Below are positions 16,780 to 30,484 of a stretch of 64,000 nt of DNA, piece by piece. The DNA is from the human T2T-CHM13v2.0 reference genome, Homo sapiens, in the NCBI RefSeq assembly GCF_009914755.1, contig NC_060929.1, one strand, 5' to 3'. Position 1 is the first letter of the stretch; every line of letters begins with the position of its first letter. The notes beneath the pieces were generated by a model. It saw only the letters and a list, made by a program, of their open reading frames with translations, was not told the DNA's origin and ran no database searches. The position numbers and the translations under genes are program-made.

Positions 16780-17570
16780 CTATTTATACTATTTTAATCA
16801 CATAGTTTCTCAAGTCAGTGCTAACAGACTGATTCACATTTCTTCCAGAGTTCTCTCAAGCCTTGGTGGTAATTCCTGCTGGGACAAGCAGGGAAAACTA
16901 CTCTTTATGGAGGAATTAAAATGTCGGCTGTACTACAGGAAGGGGAGGTAGTATATAAAGAGAATACTGATAATGATGGGAACTGGGAAATAGTACTTCA
17001 TTTGATGTGGTATTCTAGGTATTCTATGGAGCAGTGCTTGAAATGATGTTCATTTTGCTAACAGAAAAATTTAATATCTTGTGGTCCTATGTGTTGGCTT
17101 TTTCTCTTTTGGCAGATCTCTGGAACTATCCTACTTGTCTGTAATTTCCCTGGGCAAATCCAGTGAATCATGGCTAGAGTTCTATATTGCTCTAAGACAG
17201 GCTTATGAAACAAGGAAGACTCCTTAACTTCAGGGCCACAAGATTGTTTCAGGGTCACTTGGCATTTGATTAGATAGATTTAGGTAGGTTGTATCCTGAT
17301 TTATCCAGGACATTATACTTCGTGGTATGGCCAGGACTGGTTTGGAGCTCATATACCTGAAGATAGCTGTATATAGGGACATATAGTTTGTCTTTTGGCA
17401 CTTGCATTTAGTCAGGCTCGAACCTGCAGTAGTTTGACCTTTCTAAGGTGTTTTACCATTGCTAAGGCCTAGCTTAGCACAGGGTGGGATGATCTAGTTA
17501 CTTCCCAATAGGTAGCTTACAGTCTATCCTTTGCAGTCTTCATATTTGATCCAAATGGGAATCTTCACCC
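16780..17570 (+). mobile_element. Possible ancient L4 (RTE-X) LINE ORF relic
   Basis: Collinear degenerate peptides VIPA (16869-16880), TLYG (~16900) and AFSQAR (17404-17421) resemble recalled RTE-X post-RT motifs (VIPA..LYG..AFTLAR); heavily decayed. Confidence 0.35.
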
Positions 17571-18445
17571 ACAGCATAACATATAATATATATTTTAAAA
17601 TGTATTAAACAAGTAAGAACTCAAACAGTTATAATATTTCTGCTACCCCCTCCCCACTGCCCAAATATCTCATTTCCTTCCCTCTACTCATTTGGATTTT
17701 GTTCAGGGAATCTCTACTATTTAAACTTGGAGGAGGAGAGAAATATATTGTATTAGTCACATGATGACCTGTTCTGGCTCTTCTCTCTGGCATGAAAGGC
17801 CAGTAGTTTCCCTTATACTGGCTTACCAAAAGAACCAAAGACCAAGCCAGAGCTAGGTCTCAAGACAGTGCATGAGCACTGTCTCTTTGTTTTTCAGTCT
17901 TAGTGGAGCCTTTGATACTTCTTTTTTCCCCACTCCTGATAAGGCACACTCTCTGATTAATATTTTCTTAAGAAGCATATCAGGTATGCTACATTCACCC
18001 TCTACATTTCCCCTCTCTAACATGAATATGTTCACCACATGGGTACATTCTTACTTCCAAACCAGAACATTTCAGGATATACTGTATTTCTCTATATAAT
18101 TACCTTCAAGATCAAATGCAATAAACATTAAATATATGCCTTAGGGGTAGGGCAGATTGGCAACATTAATTCTGTAAGGTCATGATTAAAATAAGTGAAT
18201 TGTATACCTATGGTCAGGAGGATAATGATTATGATGATCTTATTTATTCTATTGGGTAAGCCATTTATTCTCCACTAAATTACTTCTAACAACCTCTTTT
18301 TCTCTTACTGATGATAGCCTAGAAATGTCTTGTCAATATTTTTAAATCTATATGCAGGCAAAACTTTTGCACTCAACTTGACCATACAGCTTGCCTGTCT
18401 AATAAATTATAAGTGATGGAGCAAATTATTACTGGGGTACATTTT

Positions 18446-18678
18446 TTTCATGCTTGAAATGTTTTATTGATTATTATTTTTATAATTGAAATGTATTTTT
18501 AAATTATACTTTAAGTTCTAGGGTATGTGTGCACAACATGCAGGTTTGATACATAGGTATACATGGGCCATGTTGGTTTGCTGCATCCATCAACTCATCA
18601 TTTACATTAGGTATTTCTCCTAATGCTATCCCTCCCCCAGCTCCCCACCCCCCAACAGGCCCTGGTGTGTGATGTTCC
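18446..18678 (-). mobile_element. Very short L1PA 3' end plus ~50-bp 3' transduction, bounded by an 18-bp TSD
   Basis: attactggggtacatttt at 18428-18445 and 18679-18696; L1PA 3'UTR attatactttaagttctaggg..gtgtgtgatgttcc. Confidence 0.9.
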
Positions 18679-19199
18679 ATTACTGGGGTACATTTTAACC
18701 TACAATATCAGATATAGGTGAAAGCACAAAACATATCCAAATTTAAGTAGGTCTTGGAAATGCCTCTGGTTGAAACATCTTGGAAACCAATCCTTTCTCC
18801 ATTTCTATCCATGATAGTTTTTATCTTCCACATCCAGCACCTCATTATGTATTGAAGAATGACAGTCTTTGATCTGAAAATAACATCAGATTTCTATTCT
18901 ACTCCTACCCATTTTTCTAGTCTAACATTCTCCCCATTCCCTTTTCTGCTTTCACCCATCTTAGGAGACACAGGAAGATATTTTAACATTAGTCTTTTCC
19001 CACATACCCCTGGACAGTGTGCAAATTGTATAAACTTTCTAAAGGGCAATCATACCACATCTATTTAAATAAGGTATTTACCCTACTAGTTACTTACCTC
19101 AGAGAAACACCAATGTATGTGGACGGAGCCTTGTTCAAGAGTGTTTCATTATAGCTTTGTTTGTAACAGCAAAAATTGGAAGGAACCTTGCCTTATCCG

Positions 19200-20082
<883 letters not shown>

Positions 20083-20609
20083 TACTAACATGGTGTTAAA
20101 TGTTGTGTTAAATTTTGAACACAACTTTTTTGTTTGTTTTAGGTCAAATTTTAAATTTTAAAAAGTGTTGGCATATGTAAATCTGAAAAATCTAAAGCAT
20201 TAAGGAGTGGAACCAATTAATGTGGCCCATAGCTTTAGCAACTTTCCTACTTCCAAAGCACAGTGCTTTGCCAGAATTTTCACAGCACATTTACAAAATT
20301 AATCATTCATTATGAAGAAAGACAAGTTTTCTTTTCATAGGTGCCATGTGATTGTAGAATCAGTCTGGTAGCTATAGATTTTAGTTTCTAATTCAGTTGC
20401 TCAGAATGGTTATATAAATGGAATTCCAATAGCTTAGGGCATGCCTGACATGACTAAACCTATTTCTTAGGTAGTAACCCCAAAGTTTAGTGTTAGGAGC
20501 TATGGAGATATTTTTGAAAGCCTTCCAATTATCTTGAATTTCATATGTGTTTGCACATGTCAATAGGCAGTCCATTTTCTGTGTGTGCTTTTATTTATTT
20601 TAAAGATTC

Positions 20610-21590
20610 TGATCCTGTACCAACTACATATTTGCTTATTGCTGCCGGAGAAAATCACAAAACTATGCAGCTTAAGACTCTTTAAATTCATGGTCTCCAG
20701 CTTTAGCTGGATTGTTGATGCTGCCTGGGACTTCTTCTAGGTTTCCCAAGTAAGTTATTGTTTTCATGTTCTGTGGTCTCCATTTGATTCAAATTGTTAG
20801 TCCCTTTATATCTTCTCTGTTATTTCTCAAAATTAATAAAAGTCATCTGATGCAAACTCTTCTCCCCACCAAACTTACACGTTCACTTGAATCCATACTA
20901 TCCTTTCTTCCTTCCCTCTTGTTGGTAGAAGTGAGACACTCCTCTATTTATAAAGATGTACTCCTAACTATATTCTCAATGCCCTCACCCGGATACCCCA
21001 GTCGCTGATTGTAACCTTTCTTTACTGTCTCCAACTTCTTCCTGTTTGCTAGTTTCTTCTTATCAACACTTAAACATGTTTGTTTTTACTATTTTATAAT
21101 AAAACACAAAAACAAATCTTTCCATGACCCTACATTCTCCTCTAGCTACTTCCCGCATCATTTCCCTTTCTTCAAAGACAAAATTCTTATCAACAATAAC
21201 TCTTCAAACCATGTCCTCTTCAAACCACTCTTCAATTCACTGAAGTCCACCACTGCTTCTGCCAGCTCACTGAAGTTTCTTTTGCCAAAATCACCAATGA
21301 TCTACTTGTTCCTAAATCAAATGGACATTTTTCTTTTAACATAATTGAACCCTTTGGATCACTTAATTGTTTTAATAAAATGGTCCCGTCCTTTGGCTTC
21401 TGTGACATTTCACTCACTCCCCTGGTATGTTTTCTACTTCATCAGCCACTTCTTCATAATTTTCAGCTTGTTCTGCCTCTCCTTATATGTTTGCCTTCCT
21501 GAAGATCATGTTTTGGGTCTTCTTTTTGTCTCATTTTATACATTCACCCTGTGCAGTCTCATTCACTATCATGGCTTCAGTTATAAAGCC
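20610..21590 (+). mobile_element. L2 ORF2 region fragment
   Basis: ctgccggagaaaatcaca..tttaaattcatg; tcaccaatgatctacttgttcctaaatcaaatggaca..cttggcttctgtgaca..ctcattcactatcatggcttcagtta. Confidence 0.75.
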
Positions 21591-21674
21591 ATAACAACAT
21601 TTATCTTTTACGCAATAACCACATTAAAACCATAACTAGTACTACTAATAAAGCACAAACTTTATTAGAAATTA

Positions 21675-21850
21675 TAATTAGGAGTCTGAATATCATGGTT
21701 CCAATTTTGTGTTTACTATTATTAATAAAAACGTGACCTTAGACAAGTAATAAGCCTTCCCTTTAAGATTCAATTTCTTTTTTATAAAAAAGCAATTAAA
21801 TACCCTCTGAAGCAATACACAAACTGGTTTTGGAAATATAGTAAGATGAC
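21675..21850 (+). mobile_element. MIR fragment
   Basis: gtgaccttagacaagtaa..ttcaatttc..tataaaa. Confidence 0.5.
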
Positions 21851-22127
21851 AAAAGGATATAGAGGTATGTGCATTTAAATAATTTTTATGATTATATATA
21901 ATATGTATATGATTTTTATATATTTATATAAAGCTATAAAACATGATTCATTATATGGAACATTACTGTGCTGCTTAGACTTTTGAAATACGTATTTTTT
22001 TCTAACATGGTTGGTTTTATTTTATTCCCCATGTGCTTAGAACATAATACATTTTGGAGCACAATGAAGTAGATATTAGAATACCTATTGACTTTCCATT
22101 AGAAATTATGAAATGTTTTAGCTTCCA

Positions 22128-22255
22128 TTTTTTTAAAGAGATAGGGCCTCACTCTGTTTCCCAAGCTGGAATGCAGTGCTGTAATCATAGCTCACTGAAG
22201 CCTCAACCTCCTGGGCTCAAGAAATCTTCCCACCTCAGCCTCTCAGGTAGCTGAG
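22128..22255 (-). mobile_element. AluJ right-arm fragment
   Basis: agagatagggcctcactctg..gcctcaacctcctgggctcaag..gtagctgaga. Confidence 0.85.
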
Positions 22256-22339
22256 AAAGTTGTTTTATTCACTGGCATAGTAAATTAAAAGTTATTTATT
22301 GCTTTTGCGGCTCTGTCTTCCTGGAGATCTTTACTATCC

Positions 22340-22520
22340 TCTGCATCTAGCTAGTAGAAGGAAATATAGAGTGTAAAAAAAAGCCACATCCACCTCTTAA
22401 AACCCTTGGCATGGAAGTATAATAACACACACATCACTCTCCACATTCCACTGGCAGGTGCTAGTGGCACAGCCATACTTAGAAGCAGAAAATGGGAGCA
22501 TATTTATCTTCAGCTTTAGA
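22340..22520. mobile_element. Old MLT1 (J/K/L-like) LTR fragment
   Basis: cttggcatggaagt..acacacatcactctccacattccactggc..ctagt..gccatac. Confidence 0.5.
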
Positions 22521-23129
22521 GTAGCTCTTAAATTTACAGTGTGTAAGAGAATGACAATCATGTAATCTTCTCCCACCTTTTCCTCTTTGCCTTGCACCTT
22601 ATAACTGTTGCCAAACCTAGAATTACTTTTATATTTTCAAGATGTATAAAATTTACCTTATGTCTTGTAGCTATATTTACATTTACTATGCTTGTCTAGG
22701 CGGATTCTAAAACCTATAAACCAATAACTTAAGAAGAAAATATGTGATTGTATTTAACAAAACAACAACAACAACAAAAAATCATAGTATTAACCCCGTG
22801 CACCTCAAGGAAAAAGCTGCAAGCCTGTGGTCTGCTGATTCCACCTTCACTCTGGTGATCAACTACTCAAAACCAGACCACATTTAAATTTGCTTCATAT
22901 TGGGAGCATGGCTTTCTTATATTAGCTTTTAGTATACTTTGTATTTATTTGATTTCTATTTTCTTGTTAAGAAAAATCTGACTTCATTTGAATGCTGAGA
23001 TCCTTCAGCTTCCTATTCACAAAATGTGTGTAACGGGATCCATTTTCTTAGACAATCTTCTTGGAACTCTGTGGCCTTCTTATAACTCTAGGATAGCTCC
23101 CTTAGACTTCTCTAAAGCTTTCTAAACTT

Positions 23130-23880
23130 TCTTTTGCTTTTATTTACAATTTAGGTTTATCTTTCCTTGGATTTCTTCTTTCTTTTAAATGCCTCTTTTT
23201 CATTTTACCTCAATAATCCTTAAGTGTTTTTTAAGAAAGGTGCGTTGTAGAAAACTTTCTCACTTTCTTACACATCTGGAAAAGCTTTATTTTACCTTGA
23301 CAATCTGTTGACTTTTTGATTAAGTAGAAAATTCAAAGTTGATTTTTTTCTTTCCATCTTTGAAGGCAGTTATCTATTTTCTTGTAGCATTCATGTTGAG
23401 GAAAAGTCCAATTCCTATTATTTTTCAGATGATTTTTTTAGGCTCTGACTGAGTTTGAGATTATCTTATTTTGTCTTTGGTGTTCTGAAAGTCTATAAAG
23501 TTTTAAAATTTAAATAAGTGTATTCTGAGTGTTGATGACTTTTAAAATATTACACTTACATGTACTTTCCATCTTCAAAAATGCTTTATTTTCTTCTAAG
23601 TTTCTTCTTTTTCAAGTGGCTTTTTTATATGGCTGTAATATCTTTGCACATATTTTATATGGTACAAAACATATATAACTATTTTAAGCATTCTCTTCTA
23701 TTTCAATATGTCTCCACTTTCCCAAGTGTTACTTAATCCATCTGTTTATCTTGAATTTTATATTTTGTGCTGCATTTTTTCCCAGATGACTCATGGTTCT
23801 TGTTTTCTTTTTGTTTTATTGATGAATGAATGATTAGGCTTCTTAGTGTTGTTTCCTCCACAATTATATATGCCTGCTTT
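23130..23880 (-). mobile_element. Old L1M/HAL1 ORF1-region fragment
   Basis: T-rich, tctggaaaagctttatttt..agaaaattcaaagttga..ttgaaggca..gaggaaaagtc. Confidence 0.45.
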
Positions 23881-23949
23881 GCCAACGAGCTTCCACCCTG
23901 ATTGGGAGCATTGGCTTTGAAATTAGTTTCGCAGGTAGAGTTTATTTCA

Positions 23950-24659
23950 ATACTAGTCAGGGTCAAATCAGGAGACGATAACAGCCTCATTTATTTTAAC
24001 AAAGAGTATTTAACATCAAGAATTATTAACTAGGTATTAGAGAACTGAGAAGGTAAAAAGGTAATAATGTCACTAGCAGTTATGACAAGTAGGGTGGCAG
24101 GGATAAAGGGGGAAAAGTTGGAATAGTTACAACTTAGAAGTTTGGAGGGTGGGTCCTGTGGCACTAAGGCATACACTTCTGAGGAACAAGCACTGCTCAG
24201 CTGGCACAGATGCCTTAGGAGGATGGAAGGACCTGTGGAGCTGGGACTCAGACCTTTGAGGAGGAACATTCCTCGGCTTGTTCTGGTGCTTTAGAACTCA
24301 GAGGAAAGGCCACGCAAAGCCAAGACCCAAAATCTTCGAGGATGAGATTCAGCACAGCTGGTGTTAAAGGCCGAGGGGACACAATAAAGCTAATTCTGTG
24401 TTGGAAAAACTACAAACTAGAATCAACAGCTACTACTGGAATAAAATGCTGCTGCTGTCCAGGTAAGGAAGTGCTGCTCTGATGATACTGCCAAGAACAG
24501 CCATGGAATCTCCCTTTTGTGCCCCCTACTGGCTGAGCCTATAGGGAATATGACAACAAAGGAGAAATGTGGATTGCAGAGTCCTAGTTCTATGACAGCA
24601 CAACAGGGTATAGATTGGTAAATTTGAAGCCAAGAGATAATAGCATAATAACATGGACA
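23950..24659 (-). mobile_element. LTR78-like old LTR
   Basis: tactagtcagggtcaaatcaggagac..gaattattaactaggtattagagaactga..ccccctactggc..caaaggagaaatg..gagataatag. Confidence 0.6.
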
Positions 24660-25139
24660 GTTTAAAGCAGCTATTTCTTAGCAATCTTCATCTATTTTCA
24701 TGCTAAAATTAAAGGAGTTCGTTTGGGATCGCTATTGCTCACATTTGGGAGTCTAGCCCTCCTTATAGATGTATCTCCACTTCTATGTTATTGCCACATC
24801 TGTCTTCTCTGTATACACACAAGGATGGGAGTGGTGGACTGGATTCAGGATGTCATAGTTCAGCATATGGTCTTTTAAATAATTACTTTCACTGTCACAA
24901 AGCACAATCCTACTCATCACATTTGTCAATTGTTTGTGATCCCTCCACGACACAGATTGGTTTTCATCTCTGCTCATACAAGGAACATCTGCCCAATTTG
25001 CTTTATGCCTTCAACTTCTTCAGACTATTGATGCTCTATGTTTTGTTTTTGATTATTTTATGGATTTATTCCCTTCAGAGCATTTTCATGCTCATTGCAG
25101 TGGGATTCAAGAGGGAGGATTAATAAATGTGCTTCATTT

Positions 25140-25479
<340 letters not shown>

Positions 25480-26494
25480 TCAATGTCTTTTCAAGAACAT
25501 AGATTCTTAATTTTTTCATAAAAATATTTGCTAGTGGTGGCTTATTTCATTATTTGTCATTTAAACTAGGTTAAGTACATATTTAAGTGCTATTTAAATC
25601 CTGAAAACTGGTATCACATAACACTATATCTTATGGTAATAAGGCAAGCAGGACCATAAAAGACAGCAAAATAATATTTAGCTTCTGCCTTTATCATCAC
25701 AAATATAAAGAGTAGCAAGAGCACATAGCTCTATAATTATCAACTTTCATTTTGTATATTTTATTTGGAGGTTATATCAAAATGTTATCAAGTCTTTTAC
25801 TAGATTCTAATGTAATTTAGACAAATGAGTTCAAACTAGAAAAATGAGCCTGCTAAGTGTCTCATATTAAATAGCTCACATTCCACTCAATTCCCTATAG
25901 GAACGTAGAATGGAGCAAAAAGTAAAGGTATGATTGCTTAACAGAATACAATACAAGATGCATTTTTAATCTGCTTATGGCAGAGACATCATTTGGAACT
26001 TTTTTCTGAATACTAGAGAAATAAGTCTGACTAGAATTTGATACTATTAATTGACCTTTCTGTTACTCAGGCCCTTTCAAAGAACTATCAAGGACTCATA
26101 ATTAACCCATAAGAGGAATATGGGAATGAAGTATTTCAATAGATAATTTTCACTGTGGTCTATAAAATGGAGCCTACATCTCTGTAGTCTCAGACATTCT
26201 AACTTATTTGCCCATAATAACATGAAAGTTCTATAAACAGTTATTTCTTTCCTTCTGCCTTAATCGACCTAATTTTAAACATTAAATACAGCTTCATCCT
26301 TCAAAAAAAATATAACATCTTTAAGCAATCCAATTTGCCATAAAAGAATATAAGTGACTGCCTCCAACTTTTCCCTAGTAAGACAAAGGCAAAATGAATG
26401 TTACAAAGTAAAGACTATAATGAGCAGCAATGTAATATAATTAGAGACCAATGATTTTTTACTGAACAAATAGAATATTTATTTTGAATTATTC

Positions 26495-26745
26495 TAGAGT
26501 CATCGAAGTTACTGAATCAATTCATTAAACTGCTCGATTTTCAATCCCAACTTTTCCATTACTAGCTGTGTGACCTTAGGCAAAAATTTAAGGCCTCACT
26601 GCCTCCAGCATTCTCATCTTTAAAATGAGGATAATAATAAAAACACTTAAATTGTAGGACTATTGTGATAACTGCATGAGTTAATAAAAATAAGCACTTA
26701 AAAGAATGTCTGGAAAATGGTGAGTGCACAATTAATATTAGCTGA
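26495..26745 (+). mobile_element. MIR
   Basis: tactagctgtgtgaccttaggcaa..ctcatctttaaaatgaggataataata..aatattagct. Confidence 0.85.
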
Positions 26746-27329
26746 ATATTTTCACTACTATGTTATTAAATATTTAACCCACTAAGAGACAAAGACAGTT
26801 CTAAACGTTAAATATACTCATGAAGTCTTAGAGATTTGAGTATCTTTGTTGAGCTTAATGTTCAAGTGTTTAGAAAAAAAGTTGATGATTGTAATACAAG
26901 TGATCATAAATTCTGTGGTAGACCATGGGTACTATGTAGTCAACCACTGATCATTCATTCATTACAAGGATTACAATTTGGTCTGGAAAATACTACCTTT
27001 TTTTTAATTCCTCCAAAATGCCTCACCCTATTTGGTTATATGGCTGCCATTGTAGTTTGGAAAAAATGATAAAAAAGAATCGTACACAGATTGCAAATAA
27101 GAAAAGTGAGATTTAAGATAAGTTTGTTGGATTATTTGAGATGCTAAAAAGAAATTTCAATGTTATGTAAATAAGTTGAGGCTGTGAATTATACTGATCC
27201 TACTCTGAGTATTAATATTCATTCAGATTATCCTTATCTGGAAATTATTTTTAAAATTGGTGCTTTACTTAAAGATTTATAGACTATGAACTACTTGTGT
27301 TTAGGGACTGGGTAGTACTCATTTAATAT

Positions 27330-28020
27330 GTATTAAGTAACCAATTTAAATGGTTGTCTAGACATAGAGAGATAATCTAACTGATATAGATTCAGAGAAG
27401 AACAAAATAGACATGGACTGGTGAGATTAGACAAAAATGAATAATGAGGCTACAGTTGTGCTCTAGAAGATGAGAAAGATTCAGATAGTTGCAGAGAGGT
27501 GGAGATAGAATTTGAGATCTGGAAACCAGAATGAGCAAAAGACCTATAGCTGAGTGAATAGAAGGAACAGAAAGGAGCCTCGGGAGAGTTTGGGATGAGA
27601 TAGAGATGAGGTGATGAGCAGACACTGAGATTCTGGATCTAATGCCATAGGCAAGTCAGAGGTGCTGAAACAATGGAATAATATGAAATAAACCATTAAC
27701 GATAATTCGTCTGGTAGATTGGGTAAGATGGAATTGAAGACAAGAAGTCCAAGAATGAGAGTCTCAACATAGACGTGATGTTTTAAAACTTATGGATAGG
27801 GTAGAAAGAGAAGGATAGAGAGTTTGGAGGAGAAAAGAGACAAATATGTTAACTAAATAAAGACTAGGAAGGAGAAGGAAGAAATAAAGCAATCACTGAG
27901 ATTTGAGCCCTTTTGCTATTGACAGAACTGAGACAATTTGGAAATACGGCAAATTTGTTTGTTTAGGCAGCAAGGTTCCTCTAGAATTTGGTAAATTTTA
28001 GGTGATACATGCCTGTTGAA
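27330..28020 (-). mobile_element. L2 fragment
   Basis: atctaatgccataggcaagtcagag..gataattcgtctggtag..atggaattgaag; tgctattgacagaactgag. Confidence 0.5.
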
Positions 28021-29799
28021 ACATGAATGTGCTGGAGATAAATGATATATTTTTCTTATGCTTCTCAGCACCTAGTTTAATACTACAAGAATAAAGAGTA
28101 TTTTGACAAAGTTTATTAAACTAATTTGAAGATTTTAATTTAAACTGTAGCATTCTGTTATGTGTATAATTTCTATCACAAAACAAGAATTTTATTTTGT
28201 ATAATAATAAAGTAGCTTGTAAGATAATATATCACTAAAGAGTCATACATTTAATTCTATATTTTAAAGAATTAAAATATTTTAACGAAAGCCCATTGAA
28301 CGTTTTCTACATTCTTAAAAGGAAATAATTTCCAGAGACATTACAATGTAACCCTATATTCAATGTTCAAAGATTCTACTCCAATCATTTTATTTTTGAC
28401 CATGAAGGAGTAGCTGGTGCTGAGACTTAACCACCTTACATAAACAACTGTAAGAATCTACTAAATAATTTATGACACGTCTTAATTGTCTAGACAGAGA
28501 ATTGTGGGAGACTTTTCCTCACATTTGGTGATAGTGTTTGGATGCTATCTTATTTTTATCTAAAACTTATCAGGACATGATCTTTAATCCTGTCTCATAA
28601 CAAACTTCTGATGGGATAGAAATTGAACTGTGAAGAGGTTCCAATGATGTCACTGTCAGACAGTATATGGCATTAGAACGCTACTTAAAATTTCTTCTGT
28701 AAGAAAATTCCTTGGAGATGCATTCTATCATCTTGCCAATATGGTGATGTCATATATTACTAGTAGTCTAACCTTCTTATAAGACATGACTCCTTTGATT
28801 TTCTTAAAGGCACTTAGCATTGGTAGTGCCAAAGAATATTACTGCCATGCAAAAAACGCAATCTAGAATCCAAAACCTGTTACTACATGTGATGAAAACT
28901 CTCCAACAATTCCACGTTTAGACCATTAAGACATGTCGTAAATTGTTCAGTTAAACTGGCATAAAGCTCACAGTGGCACATGGGATAGCACGCTATATGA
29001 AGAAAAAACTGGCAAATATATTAAATGAATGGCATTAAGGAATTGATGAGTTACACTAATACATCTGGAATTAAAGGTTTAAATACAAGCTAATTAAACT
29101 ATTGCTTAAAAAATATCTCATTAGCACATTTAATCTGATCTTACATAAATGTCCTAGAGTATGATTCAAATCCACGGATGTTCAGACCAATGATCTATGG
29201 CCAATACTAAGCCCAAGGACATGAATGTACTTCTTGGTGACAATTTTGAATGTGATTTATTCTGATTCTTTTAAGAAGGTAGTTTTCCCATTTGCAAATT
29301 TAGTAAGATTTCATTGATGCATATTTCCTGCCTACAGTAATTCTCAGTTAACTCTCAAATGCTGTTTTTTTGAGTCATTAAAAAAATTCTGTTCACCTTA
29401 TCCATCCTATTAATTGGGGTGTGTCTAAGTCCCTGCTATAACATCCTTCTTGGGCTGTGACTACTGCACTTGCCTGTTTACCATCAAAATCGAGCATGGG
29501 GGTATAAAGAGGAACCCAAGTAGATTATGTGGTCACACAAAACATATTCTTTCTCATTCCCATTATGTAAAAGCAGCCTACTTCAGGGTCAGTTACCCCA
29601 TCAGCATGGGGACTTCTTTAATTGTCAGCATTCTTGGTCAGTAGCCTGAAGTCTGTGGGACATCAGGTCTGTATCTTATTCTCAAATAATTCAGGAAAAA
29701 AAGTTATTTTTTCTTCTTTTCTCTTTTATAAATATACTATATACACTATAAAATTAATGTGCAAGTTTTGCAACCTACTCTATTTTCTGAGAGTTTAAG

Positions 29800-30134
29800 T
29801 AACACTGTTATTATTTGTTTCTCAATATTTGTGTTAGGTTGTTATTGTGTGACAGAATTCACCAGTAAAACTGTCTGATCCTGGAGGTTACTTCCGGGCA
29901 TGGTTTTGAGTTCAATTTATTTAGCAGATATAGGGACGTTCAGATTGTTTATTTCTTATTGTAGCAGTTTCAGTAGTTGCACTTCTCAAGGAATTTGTCC
30001 ATTTAATTTACGTTTTCAAGTATATTGGTAGAATGTTGTTTACAACATTTTCTTACTATCTTTTTAATGTTTGTAAACTCTTCAGTGATGTCCCTTCATT
30101 CATTCCTGATGTTTCTAATTTGTAGCTTTTCTCT
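29800..30134 (-). mobile_element. Old L1M ORF2 fragment
   Basis: gaattcaccagtaaaactgtctgatcctgga..tcaaggaatttgtccattt..gtgatgtcccttcattcattcctgat. Confidence 0.7.
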
Positions 30135-30359
30135 GTGTTAGAGTTTAATCACAAAGCAATATCACAATAAATGTTATAGAATCAATGAGTTATTCCCTAA
30201 TACAATTGTAAGAAAAGCTGGAGAAATAAGAGTACAGAAGTGTCTGTTGCTGGGCCAGTGAAAACTTATTAAACAGCTGTCCAGCCTCCTAAAGCTCTGT
30301 CATTCACTTATACATTGTAAAGTTGGAAAACCGAATTATTGTTACTGTTGTATATTTTA

Positions 30360-30460
30360 ATAGGAGTAAACAGCATAGTGGTGTTGGTTGTTTCTAAATG
30401 CACTTGAGAACTTGGAGAAAGAAAATTATGTTATCAGGACTTCATGTCTCCAGATGCTAC
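30360..30460 (+). mobile_element. ERV-L gag 5' remnant
   Basis: gttggttgtttctaaatgcacttgagaacttggagaaagaaaattatg..tcagg resembles the recalled ERV-L gag start (GWLLL..L..L.KE.DELR). Confidence 0.55.
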
Positions 30461-30484
30461 CCTGCTGCTTGACTCCTCTCATAC

